Shown: positions 1-13,655, numbered from the stretch's first letter. The stretch is 64,000 nt of DNA from Eledone cirrhosa (GCA_964016885.1 OZ024743.1:350672001-350736000); one strand, 5' to 3'. The notes: generated by a model from the letters alone, not told the origin. Program-made: numbers and translations.

Positions 1-479
1 ATATGTGTATACACACCCATATATATGTATATAGATAGATAAATAGATAAACAGTCAAATATGCCGGTCACAATTTTATTTTTTATTATTTTAGTCTTTC
101 TGTTTTGATTTCAGTTGACTGTAAACTTCACACAAAACCTTTAAGTCTAACGAAATAATCATGCTTACCAACATACAATTATATTTATCTGCATGTGTGA
201 GTGTGTAATGCATGTATTACTTTACACTTTTAAACAATAGTTAACTATTTGCACTATGCTATCCAATATCTGACTTGATATGATGAAACCCGTCCAAACC
301 ATGTCAGTGTTGACAATAGACATAAAATGATGATGATGATGATATTGATAATGATACTGAAGGGTGTCACCCTACATAGATCATTTTTTTTCGTTTACCA
401 TGGTAAATAAGCAAAGGTAACATGGTGGTAAATGGTGCAGTAGACAGAACTATAACATCCTGAAGACATGCCTGTGAGA

Positions 480-1330
480 GCAATTTAGCATGTGAGTAGG
501 TGTCTGTCAACACTCAGTTTTCAGCCTCTAAAGTTTATTATAATTCTGCAGAAGATTTTAAGACTGGGTGTTTGTGGGAGGGAAGCCCTGTATGCAGTAA
601 TGGCTTTCATAGTTGAATATGTTTAAGTGTTTAAGAATTAGAGAAGAATTCCGAAACCTAGAATTGAGAGTATCAAAGTAAACCAAGCAAAATCTAAAGT
701 TTCACTAAATGGAAAAGAAAACTAGACTCTACTACCATCAAAGAGATTCCAATGCTTGATATGCAGAAAAAACGATTATACGGAACTCTATAGTGTGTAC
801 TAAATTGCTGCATGTGATGGGCAGTGGGATTACAGGCAGGCTGATGGAGAAGTACTTCATATGTAGTAGATGTGTAGGAGTGATCAGCTGTAGGAGTACC
901 TATGTAATACATTCTTTTAAATGCTTAGTTGGCTCCCTCGAAGTTTTTGATGGTTTCTGTTACTTAATTGATCTAGTTAGTGGTGGAAATATCTAGTCCA
1001 TAAGCACAGTAAACATAAGGTAGAGAAGTCTAGGGAGCTGTTACTTCTGCTGGTAACAAGGAGATTCTCTCTCTGGTTGAAGGGCCGATTATATGATGCT
1101 TGTATAGGAAATGAAATGTTGCTTGTGAGAAAAACATAGACGCTAAATGTAGAGGATGTGCAAAGGCTAAAAAGAAATGAAGTGAGCATGCTCCATCTAA
1201 TTTGTAATATACTTGAACAGTAAAGTGCAAATGAGCTGAGAAAAAAAATTTGGTGTATGAAGAATTTGATTAAATGTGAAAAATAAAACTGAGTTGGTGC
1301 AGTATAGCAGAAGACATGAAAACTAATCAC
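480..1330 (+). mobile_element. Decayed RTE-clade LINE, RT 3' half
   Basis: Remnants of QGSVLSPLLF, LYADD and LKGRLYDAC-type motifs. Similar to the better preserved copy at 21283-21732. Many stops and frameshifts; boundaries approximate. Confidence 0.6.
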
Positions 1331-1358
1331 AAAAGGCTGAACAAGTTTACATTTCTCC

Positions 1359-1830
1359 AGCTAACATTTCTGCATTGTATCTGTCAATAGAGTCAACATC
1401 TACACATTGTATCCCTCTTTCTAGTTAACATATACACACTGCATCTCTCTATCTAGTTAACACCTACATACTGTGTCTGTCTATTTAGTCAACATCTACA
1501 CATTGCATCTGTCTATCTAGTTAACATCTACATATTATGTTTGTCTATCTAGTTAACACCTACATACTGTGTATGTTTACCAAGTTAACATCTATGCACT
1601 ATGTCTGTGTATCTTGTCAACATCTACACACTTTATCTGTCTATCTAGATAACATCTATATACTGTGTATGTCTACCTAGTTAACATCTACACACTATGT
1701 CTGTATTTGGTCAACATCCACACACTGCATCTTGTAGTCCACATCTACACACTGCATCCTGTAATCCACATCAACACACTACATCCTGTAGTCCACATCG
1801 TCACACTTTATCCTGTATAGTTAACATCTC
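1359..1830. repeat. Minisatellite, 32-bp unit changing to 27-bp unit
   Basis: AGTTAACATCTACACACTGTATCTGTCTATCT-like units recur at 1391, 1423, 1455, 1487...1679. ACATC then recurs every 27 bp (1714, 1741, 1768, 1795). Confidence 0.85.
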
Positions 1831-2617
1831 TATAGTCAGGCTATATCTAAAAACTAAGGAATGCTATAGCTCACCAGATTAGCAAATTGATATTGAGAAC
1901 TTGGGTATGTAATAAGAATTCATAGCAATAGGTACAGTTTGGATTAACACAATATAAACACACATCAATATGTATATAATTTCATTGTTAGAATTCATAA
2001 AGTATTTATGTAGTCGTTTTATCAGTTCAGTTTAGTGAACAATTCTAGTCTGAATTTCTCTATACCTGAAAAAGCAGACATTCAAATATTATTTTATTTA
2101 TATATTGCTGACGTTGTTGTCATTGTTGTTTTAGCATTCAGTTAATTTCTCTTTCTCTGAAACTTGTTACTTTAGCAAGAATTGTTTTAATTTATATTAC
2201 TTTTATATTTTAATTTGTTGTTGTTGTTATTGTTGTTAATGGTGGCGGTTGTATAGTGAAGATCTCAAGTAGTAAGACTAATCTCCAAGAATTCCACAAT
2301 TTTCATTGTTAAAATTGTACACAACTTGATAACTTTTTTGGAAAATAAATTTTACAAAGAAATCAAATCTGTTGTTATCATTCATTTCAACTGACAATTC
2401 CATGAGTCCAAAATCACCTACCTCTGAATTAGCAAATTAAATGTCTATTGTGACATACCTCTATACAGTAGCAAACCTACATTTCAGTCATATTGCCACT
2501 TTGACTTACCTCTACAGTAGCAACTGTCACATGTCCACTATAACCTACCTCTATAGTAGCTATTATCCTCAACTGCTATTTGTCCACTGTGAACTACCTC
2601 CTATTATTATCTGTGTT

Positions 2618-2800
2618 GGGCAGTGGATTGGCAGTATCGGTAGTGTGTCAGACACAATGCTTTGCAGCATAGATTTTCATTCTGAGTTCAAATCTGGCTG
2701 AGGTTAACTTTAACTTTCATCCTTACGGGATCGATAAAATAAAGCACCAGTAATGCACTGGGGTTATTGCTGGCCGTGTGCCAAAAGTAGAAACAATTAA
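2618..2800 (+). mobile_element. tRNA-derived SINE (family 1)
   Basis: A-box-like TGGCAGTATCGG, B-box GAGTTCAAATC, body TTTCATCCTTACGGG.TCGATAAAATAAAG, tail AGTAGAAACAATT. Many copies in the window, including decayed ones near 3610, 5925 and 15430. Confidence 0.85.
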
Positions 2801-4178
2801 TTTAATAAGGAGAACATTAGTTATTTTACTAGAACCCTCCAAATTCTTGATAATTCTTGATGTTCTGTGCACTTCCTTACCTCACACCAACCATTATATA
2901 TACTTTCTCCCAGAACATAATCTCTCTGGAATTACAAGCCCTGTACATGTTTTCCCTGCAACCCTCAACTTGTTTTTCCTGCAAAAGATGAATATAATAG
3001 ATGTAAAAAACAAAATGTTACAATTGCCAATCACTACTGTAGTTACCATGATTTACTTCTCTACTTTCTCAACCCCTCTGATCAATTTTGAGTAAGCCTG
3101 TATGTGGTCACTTGACCTTCTAAAAAGTGTTTCCACATAATTATTATTCTCTCAAATATACCCAACTATCTTAAAATATGATACACTGGACAATGTAATT
3201 ATAGTTATACATAAAACCTGGATTGTCGTGACAGGAACGCCTTTGATCATAGATGAACTTGATTAAGGCTGTCTTAGAACAAGCTAAGAAAGAAGTCTAT
3301 ACATCAGGTGTGGAGAACCCTTTCCACCCACGTGAAATTTCACCATCATTCAAATTTTAAATTGCCCATATGCAAATGAAAGAAAAAAATGGTTTAATCC
3401 AAAGCAGTAATCTAATGTATGTTACACTCTGTAAAGTGGTTGGTGTTAGGAAGGACATCCAACCATTCAAATTATGCCAAAATATGGAATGTATGAGAAA
3501 GATATGTTTATCTAACCATGTATTATCTCAGACTATTATGACCACTCTAATCCATGCCAACTTGGAAAACAGACAAAATGATGATGATTATGATTATTTA
3601 CCTTGAATAGGCAGTGAATTGGCAGAGTTGTTAACCTGCAGTATTTGAACTGGCTCTCTGCACTTTGACTTCAAATTCCCTAAGGTGAACTTTTCTGTCT
3701 ATTTTGTCAGGGTCAATAAATAAAGTACCAGTTCATGTTGATAGATCAGCAGAATTGTTAGCCTGATGGACAAGGTTCTTTGCAGTATCTGTTCTGGTTC
3801 TTTGTGTTCCAAGTTCGAATTTTATGAAGTTGATAGTCAAGGCTAATCATCTGTCTTTGAGAACATTCTGTCAACCTGTACTTGACCTGTGTAGCCAGGT
3901 AGGCTTGGAATTAGCATAGTTACTGAGGCTTCATCCAGGAGTGCATCAAAATTGTTGAGTAGAAAAACAATTTTAAATCAACATCACCATCATCTTAATT
4001 AATTTATAAAATTAATGATTCATTCTTTTAATTAGCCCAAATGCATTCCTAAAGACTTTTATGCACTTGCAATTCACCCTACCTACTGAAAATATTTCCC
4101 AACTTCTGCTCTACCTGGCCCCTCAACTGGCTAGAAATAACAGCTAAATCTCCATCAAATCACATACTACCATCTTAA

Positions 4179-4383
4179 CCCTTTAGCATTTAAGCCAGCC
4201 ATAGCTGGCTAGAATTCTCTCACCTCTTTCTGTTCAAACCGGTTGTAACCAGCCGCTCATACTGATATTAAGGTATTCTCAAAATAAATAATATCAAAAT
4301 CTCATAGATTTGATATTATGTGAGGTAAAGCCTTTACTGTGAAAATACAATAGTAAATATACAGTAATGTAAATGCTAAAGGG
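4179..4383. mobile_element. piggyBac-type MITE (family a)
   Basis: 14-bp TIR CCCTTTAGCATTTA / TAAATGCTAAAGGG with TTAA on both sides (4175-4178, 4384-4387). Three more copies in the window. Confidence 0.85.
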
Positions 4384-5017
4384 TTAAGTAAAGAAAGGAT
4401 GCACTGGATAAAGCAATACAAGCCATACCCTTAAAATGATGGGATGGTTGATGGTTACAGCTGGAATCAGATTTGACCTGGGTGTAGTTAAATAACTACA
4501 ACTTCTATTTTAACTTCAACCACCACAACGACCACTACTACTACACTTGCCAACACCAATACTGCTGCCACCACTACTACCTATCATCACTACCTATTTA
4601 GACCACTCTGAAGCCTGAACAAAATGTAATAATATATCTTTGAACAACCCAAATTGTGTGATAATCTGAACAGGTGTAGCTAGCCTGGATGTTTTCTAGA
4701 CAGCAATTTGATGCTTCACTAAATATATTGTCACGAATTTAGTTATATATAGAAACAAATAAAGTTTTGCCTATTCATTTGTTCATAAACAACAGTGTAA
4801 CAAGAGAATATCAATTACATCCTGAAGGAACACATTGAACAATTATTACGTCCCAACCTTTGCAAGCAGGGAAGGGCGGAAGTAAAATGATGATGATAGT
4901 CACAAAAACAAAGTTGAATAAAATAAATTGCATAGTTTGTTGTATGCTATACAGGTTTTGGAATAAACCCTGAAATGACCCCAACAAATACAATAGAACT
5001 GGTTATTGGTGAAAAGA

Positions 5018-5200
5018 AAGGCACGTGGCTTAGTGGTTAGATAGTTGGATTTGCATCATGAGGTTGCAAATTCAATTCTCGGACTGAGTAATGCATTGTG
5101 TCCTTGAGCAAGACACTTTATTTCACGTTGCTCTTTCTGTCAGGTAGATAATATCAGCAATGGAAAGACCAATGGAAACATTGTTTCCTTGGTCTGATTT
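5018..5200 (+). mobile_element. tRNA-derived SINE (family 2)
   Basis: GGCACGTGGCTTAGTGGTTAG head, TTCAATTC B-box, TCCTTGAGCAAGACACTT core. Related copies at 13658 and 16020. Confidence 0.75.
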
Positions 5201-5874
5201 GATGAGGTCCACCCCACTCGGCAAGCGAATGAGGTGTGGAATCTTGTCGATAGATCAGAGCGAGAGAAGAAAGAAAAAAAAGTATAGAATATGTGGTAAC
5301 ATATATGTGTATATTGTTTATTAGTAGTAGCATAACATAGCGTGGTTCATGAAAGAGGTGTATATGAAAAGATATAATATGTGATTATGTATAATACATA
5401 CAAGAGTCACACTATGAATATTTAAAGTTGTGATCATATCACAGCTATCTCAGTGACCTTGTCTCCAGATTTTTATCCTGTCATCGGTGATGTTTACAAA
5501 CTTGATACTGAAACAAGAATAAGTTATATACTTTATAATTTTTTTGTAATGTGAAGCATCAGCTCGAGATGCCCATATGTAAAAAAGTATATACTTTGGT
5601 AGAGATTAGTTTTTTATTAATTGCGAATATTTATTTTTAAATAATAGAAATTTACAATGCTTCAACGGTTGCATACTCAAAAGAAAAATGGAAAAAAAAG
5701 TAAAAAGAATTATATAACGAAAGTAAAAAAAAAAGGGGGAAGGGAACAGCAGGCTCTAAACCCCATTCTAGGCTATATATTTCAGTCATGCCTCATAAAG
5801 AAAGGTATTGCCCCAAAGAATAGTCAGTGACACTCACTGCATCAGCTACTGCCCCCAAAGGGTCAATCACCAAT

Positions 5875-6313
5875 AAGTAGTAGTAGTAGCTACTAGTAGT
5901 AGTAGTAGTAGTAGTAGTAGACGGCGGCGACTACTTGGTAGAGGCGTTAGAACGTCGAATAGAGTGCTTTGTGATATTCGTTCCTGCTTTCAGCTTTCTG
6001 AGTTCAAATCCCGCCGAGGTCAACTTTACCTTTCATCTGTTCAATTTCGATTAAAAAAATAAGTACCAGTCTAGCTCTTCTCTCTATCACTTTATCCTTC
6101 TCTGGAAGAAATTTGCTGTGTTCAAACCTGGAGAAATGATGGGCTTCACCAAATTTTAAACTTTCCTCAAGGAACGCCGTATGTCAATATGGTGCCCCTA
6201 CGACTTCATCCGGAGTTACGGATCTATACCAGTAGTAGTAGTAGTAGTAGTTGATAGTAGTAGTAGTAGTTAGTAGTAGTAGTAGTTGGTAGTAGTAGTA
6301 GTAGTAGTAGTAG
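5875..6313. repeat. (GTA)n microsatellites flanking a family-1 SINE (~5925-6075)
   Basis: (GTA)n runs at 5875-5921 and 6231-6313, with SINE B-box and body between them. Confidence 0.8.
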
Positions 6314-6564
6314 CTGCTGCTGTTGTGGTGGTGGTGGTGGTTATAGCAGCAGTAGTAGCATCAGCTGTAGCAGTAACAGCGAGGACATCCGTAAATCTAA
6401 TACTGTAATATGAAAGTAAACCCTTTTTAACGACGATATTTTTAGTTACTTCCCTTTAATTGAGCCTAACTAATGGATTACCTCCCTTACACTATAAATT
6501 TGTAAATATTCGAGTGGAGAGGGCTTATTAGACTTCTGTTCTAGAAATTCGATCCGAGATGTTA

Positions 6565-7060
6565 AAAGAAAATATTCTCTGGCTGACTCGTGTGTGGCGG
6601 GGATCCTAGATCTCTGGAAAGGCACCTAAGCAGTGGCAATCAGGGGTGACTATCCTGGTTTGTTAAGCCTTCCCTAAGTATCTGGTAAAGAGATGTAGGG
6701 CTATTGTCGAGTCTAAGTTAGCTGACGAACAGTATGGTTTTTGCCCCAGACGTAGGTCAACCGAACAAATAATCACAGTGCAGCAGATCTTTGAGAAATC
6801 GTGGGAGTATAACCAAGAGGTATATTCCTCTCGAAAAGACACATGACCGTGTTCTACAAGACCTGTTGTGGAATATAGGATCGATGGACAGCTTCCTGTT
6901 GCCCTGATTTCTCTACATGTGTTCGGATAAATATGGCTGTGTCGAAACTATTCAATCTAGGTGTTGGCCTCTGCTAAGGGTCGTTACTCTCACCTCTCCT
7001 GTTTATAATCTTCATGGACAGGACTGACATGCTTAGGCTGGCGAGTGTAGGATAGTCGGC
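6565..7060 (+). mobile_element. Decayed RTE-clade RT fragment
   Basis: Translates in pieces to WQSGVTI, ESKLADEQYGF, QQIFEKSWEY and GSLLSPLLFIIFMDR. Confidence 0.75.
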
Positions 7061-7456
7061 TGGAATAGTACTACTTAACTCATACCTACCTACATACATA
7101 CCAGGGGCGAATGGTCCGTGCATGCGTGAAAGAATCTTGAGTTGATCAATTGCGTCGATTGAAGCAAGCAGAATTTTGGCTGCTTACTAAAACGTATAGA
7201 CACAAAAAAGATAACACACACACACACAACAGCTTTGGGGCAAGCAGAATTTTGACTGCTTACTAAATCGTAGACACAAAAAAAGATAACACACACACAC
7301 ACACTAGATAACACTACATGCGGCTTTGGCCGGGAGGGTCATTTAGAGGGAATTGGGGGTGGGGGGTGTAAGGCTTCACAGCCCCACTTTCCGCCATAGT
7401 GATTGGACTGCATGTCCTGCTTTCCAGGTTACCCTTTGCCACTGATACATACATAC

Positions 7457-8292
7457 ATGGTGGCTGCCAACTCGTTTTCGAGTACGGCCACTACTTTATA
7501 TCCATGTAGGAGAACTCCTACCGATGCACTGAACGAGTGTGACTTTTTAGTCCAGCCAGCGCCCTGTAAACTCTGGTACAAACACTACACTTGTGACAAT
7601 TATTGACATACATGCATACATACATACATGCATGCATGCATGCATGCATACATACATACATGCATACATACATACATACATACATGGTGGCTGCCAACTC
7701 GTTTTCGAGTACGGCCACTACTTTATATCCATGTAGGAGAACCCCTACCGATGCGCTGAACGAGTGTGACTTTTTGGTCCAGCCAGCGACTTGAAAACTC
7801 TGGTACAAACACTACACTTGTGACAATTATCGACACATAGTGCTTTGCCTTTGGTACCATGTGACGATAAGTGCAGAGAGATCTCCAGATATAAAGCAAT
7901 GCCTGTGCTGTGAAGCTTTTATAGTGAGCAAAGGCACTGCACAAATCCAGTCCCACTCTCTTAACCAAGATGATATTTACCAAAAAGAAGAACAAGTCAA
8001 CATCATTGGATACCATCAGGGTTGCAGGTGTTATATCAGAGTTTTCCTTCTCTTAGAATTCTGCCTTGACAAAGGCTAAGGGGTCATCTCTCCCAGTGAT
8101 TTTGGATGGCCATTGACTCTTAAGAGCTCCTTTGCCCTTCGACAGGTTTTGTTTTTAGTCCTGCAGGATGTCCAAAGTCACCCTCCTTACCAAGAAACCT
8201 TGGTGGGGTTGCCAGTTTAGTCGCCAACGACCCGACCATGAGACAGGTTGTACTGGGATACATGTTACCAGTAGCACCAAGTGGTGACCTGA
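7457..8292 (-). mobile_element. Short non-autonomous RTE-derived element (7685-8292) plus a duplicated 3' end (7457-7605), with (TGTA)n tails
   Basis: The 3' part encodes C..C..RALAGLKSHTRSVH, an RTE/BovB-type C-terminal zinc finger. The 5' part is shared with 9320-9510. Bounded by (CATA)n runs. Confidence 0.65.
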
Positions 8293-8339
8293 CATACATA
8301 CATACATACATACATACATACATACATACATACATACAT

Positions 8340-8980
8340 ACGATCAGATGTTGTTTACTCGAGAGAAGGCTACGTTGGTATGGACACGTGATGCGCATGA
8401 AAGTCGATAGCTGTATAACAAAGTGCAGGACAATAAAGATAGACGGTAGCCACGGAATAGGCAGACCTAGAAAAACCTGGGACGAGCTGATAAACTCCGA
8501 CCTCACACACTTACACCTCTCCAAGACAATGTCACTGGACCGAGACCTTTGGCGGTACTCAGTAATAGAGAAGACCCGCCTTACCTAAATACATAGTAAA
8601 ACCTACTACAGCCAGTAGGCATCTCTAACAAAATACACCCCGTCCCACCACCCCCACCCCATTCACACCACCCCCTTCTATGTAAAGTTATGTTGGTGCC
8701 ACACCATCCAGGCCGAAACAAATGAGATCGTGTAGGTGTCACGACAAAAAACACACAGTCCACGCTGTAATGTGGCCATGTAGGCAACACGGTAAAAACC
8801 TCCCAGACCCACACTGTAAATGTGGTTGGTGTTAGGAAGGGCATCCAACTGTAGAAAACCTGCCAGACAGTCCTATGCGAGCAAGACAATCACTCTTGCC
8901 TCAAGTGGGAATACCCCCGTCCAAACCCATGCAAGCGTGGAACACGGACGTTAAACGTTGATGATGATGATGATGATGAT
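8340..8980 (+). mobile_element. 5'-truncated RTE LINE 3' end with (GAT)n tail
   Basis: RRLRWYGHVMRM...GRPRKTW motif. The 3'UTR closely matches the reverse complement of 20891-21290. Confidence 0.9.
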
Positions 8981-8984
8981 ACAT

Positions 8985-9843
8985 ACATGGTGGCTGAAAA
9001 CTCTGCTAAGAGTATTGTAATTGCTTGTCAGATTACAGAAAATGGTGCACCTTTAGGCTACAGCCAGCCACACAAACCTGTAACATATCTGAACAAGCAA
9101 TGCCTGTGATTTGAAGGTTTTTTAAGTGGGGAAAGGACTTGCACTCGACCAATCCTACTCTCTGAGCATCGAAAACACTACCCAAAAAGGTGAACTGGTC
9201 AACATCATCGGATGTTTCCAAAGCCGCAGGTTTTTTCCAGAGTTTCCCTCTCTTAGAAAGGTGTGGTGACAACAACTAGGGGCCTTTCACTCCTAGGTAA
9301 AAAAAAAAAAAAAGTACTATTTGGATGGCCGTTGACTGCTGAGTTCCTCCGCTCTTTGCTGGGTCTTGTATTTCATCCCATAGAGTGTCCAAATATCAGC
9401 CTCTTCACTAAGGAAGCTTGGTGGGGTTGCCAGTTTAGTCACCAACGACCCGACCATGAGACAGGTTGTACTGGGTTACATGTTACCAGTAGCACTCGTG
9501 AGTGACCTGATATACATACATACATACTACATACATATATACATGATGGCTGCCCCCTCACTATCAAGTATGGCCATTGCATGATAGAACATTATTAATA
9601 ATTATCAATTAATGCTATCCTGCAATGCCAGTGCGTGAAGATTCTTTTTAAAGTGAGGAAAGACTGGTCACCGAGCCAATCCCACTCTCTGAGCTACAGT
9701 AGCTATAACCCGAAAAGAAGAAACGATCAACATCATCAGTAACTACTGAGCTGCATGATTTATGTCTGAGTTATCCCAGTTTCCTGAGTTGCCTTCTCCT
9801 AGAAGAATGTCCTGACAAAGGCTAGGGGTCCTTCACTCCCAGA
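8985..9843 (-). mobile_element. Two further short RTE-derived elements (8987-9510, 9543-9843)
   Basis: Share 5' and internal segments with 7685-8292 and are separated by (CATA)n. Confidence 0.6.
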
Positions 9844-9874
9844 CATACATGCATGCATACATTCATACATACAT

Positions 9875-11945
9875 AGGAAGAGCAGAAGGAACCACGAGGG
9901 AGGCTGGCATAGTATTTGCTGTTAAGAATCCTCTAGTTTCTAAGCTGGAAGAGCTTCCATGTGGATTAACTGATTGCCTTATGTCAATGAGAATTCCATT
10001 ATCCAAGAACAGGTTTGTCACCCTAGTGAGTGTATACACTCCAACCATGTGTTCCTCTGAGATGTAAAACTCTATTTTTGTCTTTCACTGAAGGAACTTG
10101 GCTGTATGATACCTCAGGCTAACAAAGTTGTCATTCTGTGTGACTTCAATGTTAGAATTTGCAAGGACTATGGAACCTGAAACCTGGGATGTGGTCCAAA
10201 AACATGAAATCAGAAGGTAAAATAGCAATGGTTTGCTGTTGCTACAAATATATCAGGAGTTGGATCTGTGCATACTAAACACTCTGTTTCAACAAAGATA
10301 AATACAAAACAAACTGGATGCATTCAGGCTCAAAGGTGTGGCACATGATTGATTATGTTTTTGTATATAAGTGTGATGTTTGGGATGTGTGCAGTGACTG
10401 GGTTGTGCATGGAGCTGAATATTAGACTGATCATTGTCTGGTTTGTGCAAAGGTGAAGTTTGCTGTGAAAGTGAAGATTAGTGTTCATGGTGTAACCATA
10501 CCAAAGAAAGTAAATGTGGCTTGTTTACAAAATGAAGTCATTAAGGAAGAGTTTGTAAAGAGAATGGACAATATTCAATGTGATAAAACATGGAAAGTCT
10601 TTAAAAGTCTGTGTAAGAAGTCTACAAGGATGTTCTGGGTTTAGTGGAAAGAAACATCAAGACTTGTTTGATGAAAATACAAAGAGGTTCAGATGCTATT
10701 AAATAAAAAGAACATTGCTAATGAAAGTGCTCACTAGTGGACCAGAAATGAGGAAAAATGAAGACTAGCTCAAGGAGGTGAAGTGTAAGGTGCAGCATAG
10801 GCTTCATAGCATGCAACGTAAGTCATGGAAGAATAAAGCAGAAGATATTCAGTCAGTCCCTGATTCCAACAATACAAAGTTCCTGTATAATTTGTTGGGG
10901 GAAGTGTATGGGATGTCATTCTCTCCAGTTGCACTTCTTTGTGCTCAAGAGGGCAAAACCCTTTTTAGGGATCCAAAAGATATTTTTGTCAGGTGGTGCG
11001 AACACTTTGACTGACTTTTGAATATGCCTTCTGAGGCTGATGACGAGTTTGTCCACACCATTCTATGCAAACCCACCAAAGATGTAATGGCAGAAACTCC
11101 TTCTCTAGAGGAAGTCCAAACTGCTATGAAAAAACTGAATAGTGTTAAGTCACCTGGGATGGGTGGTCTCTGTGCTGAAATATTCAAATGTGGAAGTGAA
11201 AAACTACTTCATCTAACTACCTTAATCCAAAAGACTTGGGTTGAGGAAAGTATCCTGCATGGCTAGAAAAATGCACTGATGGTGGTTCTCTGTAAAGATA
11301 AAGGTAGAAGGAATGACTATAGCAATTGCCATAGGATATCCCTTCTTTTTGTTGTAGGTAAGGTCTTATGTAGGATCATACTGGCCAGGCTCCTCGACAA
11401 CATCACTACGAAATCCTTCCTGAATCATTGTGTTATTTCAGTGGACAACATACATGATCTTTACATTGAGACAATTACAGGAGAAATTCATTGAGCAGAA
11501 GATATATCCATATCAGATGTTTGTTGATCTAACAAAGGTTTTTGATAGTGAATAAAATTTCTCTGTGGAAGATTCTGAAGAAACTCAGGTGTCCTGATAA
11601 ATTTGTCTCTGTGCTGAAAAGCTTTCATGATGGATTGAAGGCAAGTATCAATGTGGGTGGTAAGCTCTCTGATCCCATTGTGATGAAAAATAATGTTAAG
11701 CAAGGGGACATTCCAGCATCAACTCTGTTTGCTGTGGTTTTCTTGTTGGCCTTTGAAGGTTGCTCACATGGGGTTTACCTTAGATGTTGAACAGATAAAA
11801 TGTTCAATTGCAGAAGGCTTGTTACCAGAACGAAGCTACTTACATTACTAATACTTGAATTCCTGTATGCTGATGATTGTGATCTTGTTGCTCACACCAA
11901 GAGTGACTTGCAACATCTTATGAACTCTTTCTCAAAGCTGTGATG
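9875..11945 (+). mobile_element. Decayed RTE/BovB-like LINE (APE endonuclease to RT)
   Basis: VSVYTPT, DFN, WHMIDYV, RWCEHF, KSPG, RISLLFVVGK, VKQGD and LYADD motifs, disrupted by stops. Confidence 0.9.
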
Positions 11946-11949
11946 TCAG

Positions 11950-13655
11950 AGGTGCGACAACTTAGAAGGAATATGGCTAGTCTGGCTGGACTACTGGAAA
12001 GCTTTCGATTCTGTTCCCCACTCTTGGATGATAGAGGCCCTCTAACTTGCTAAAGTCCCAGATATTATTATCAAAGCTGTCTTCTTCTTGGGCTACTATC
12101 CTAAAGTTAAAGACAGAGAAGGAGGGCTGTATTTTCACTGATAAAATAGAATATCACAAGGGGACAATATTTCAAGGAGACAGTCTCTCTGTGATACTAT
12201 TTATCCTGTCATTAAACCCCTTGTCCTTTCTGCTCAAGAAATGTGAAAGATACATCATTGGCTCACAGGAGGACAGAAATACAAACCTAACATTGATCTG
12301 ATGATCTGAAATTCTATGCCAAGAACATGGATGGGATGAAGAAAAATCTTGACCTGGTTACAACATTCTCAAAGAATTTTAGGAATGGAGTTTGGCCAAG
12401 ATAAATGCTCATATATGACTGTAAAGCAGGGACAAACAACAACCCAATCTAGCAACATTGTCATCAATGGCTTAACTGTTTCACCGATATCTGATGAGGA
12501 CTGCTACAGATACCTGGGGATAGATGAGAACATATCCTATAATGGTATCTGTAATAAGGAACACGTAACCAGGGAATATTACACCCGATTAAGAAAAAAA
12601 TATGGTCACTTCCACATCAACAGTGACATAGACCACCTCTACTTGAAACATAAGGAGGGAGGCAGAGGCCTAACATCAGTCCATACAGCATTTGAATGTC
12701 GCATCATATCCCTCCGACATCTACGAACCTCGAAGTGTAGGAGCCTGTCTCTCGAGCAAGTATATCTGCATGAAACAGATAAGATCATGAGAGTTGGGAA
12801 GGAACTCCTTGAAAGATATTTCCTGTGTGATAATCAAAATCTCACACCCAGGGAAGTTTCTCAGCAGTATCGCAGTGAATCCATGGATGAAAAACTGCAT
12901 GCTTATCAGCAAAAAATCATGCATGGTTATGTTGCCAGGAAGCTCCAGAGTGAGAGTAATATAGATAAGGAAAGTAGTCTATCTTGGACCAACAACCGCT
13001 ATATTGGCTCCCACTTTGAAGAATACGCTTTTGCAATCCAAGAACAGGAAATCAACACAAAATACCTGTTTCACAAAAGAGATAGGAATGCAGGCAAAAC
13101 ACCTAGATGTGACAACAAGTGCAGACTCTGCAGAATTAACATCGAAGATGTCACCCATGTCATAAGCAGCTGTCCAAAGATGTCATTGTGCTACCTATGA
13201 GACATGATGTAGTGGCCAAAACACTGTACAATGCAATCCGTAGAAAAGATAGCCCCAATAATAAACACATTAAAAGCTACAGAAATGTGGAAGACATCCA
13301 TATATACATAATATGAAAGAGTACTGGTGGAATGTTCCAGTAAAAACCCCAATAAAATGCAGGCATAACAGACAGGATATAATGATATGGGACAGGGAAA
13401 AGAAGGCGTGCAGAGTAGTGTAAGTTAGCTGCCCAGCAGATGCCAATATAATATCAAAGATTAGCGAAAAGGAGAATATCTATGCAGAACTAATGAAAAA
13501 TCTGCAGATACTCCACCCTGATTATACCTTCAGATTTATGTCTGTGATTATTGGGGCATTGGGATATGTTAGTAACTGCCTCGATACAAATCTTGAGAAG
13601 CTGGGCTTCACAGAAACAGAAAGAACACAACTAGTTAGGAAATTACAAGTACAAT
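11950..13655 (+). mobile_element. Decayed R4/Dong-like non-LTR element (RT plus restriction-like endonuclease)
   Basis: WLDY.KAFDSVPH, IFQGDSLS, GMEFGQDKC, YRYLG, GGRGL, CRLC..EDVTHVISSC, RHD and IIGALG motifs, typical of R4-clade ORFs. Confidence 0.85.

Noticed and set aside
1359-1830. CRISPR-like array
   Set aside because: Contiguous degenerate repeats without unique spacers, in a eukaryotic context with no cas genes.
5018-5095. tRNA genes at SINE heads
   Set aside because: A and B boxes are present, but no full cloverleaf, and the sequence continues into SINE body.
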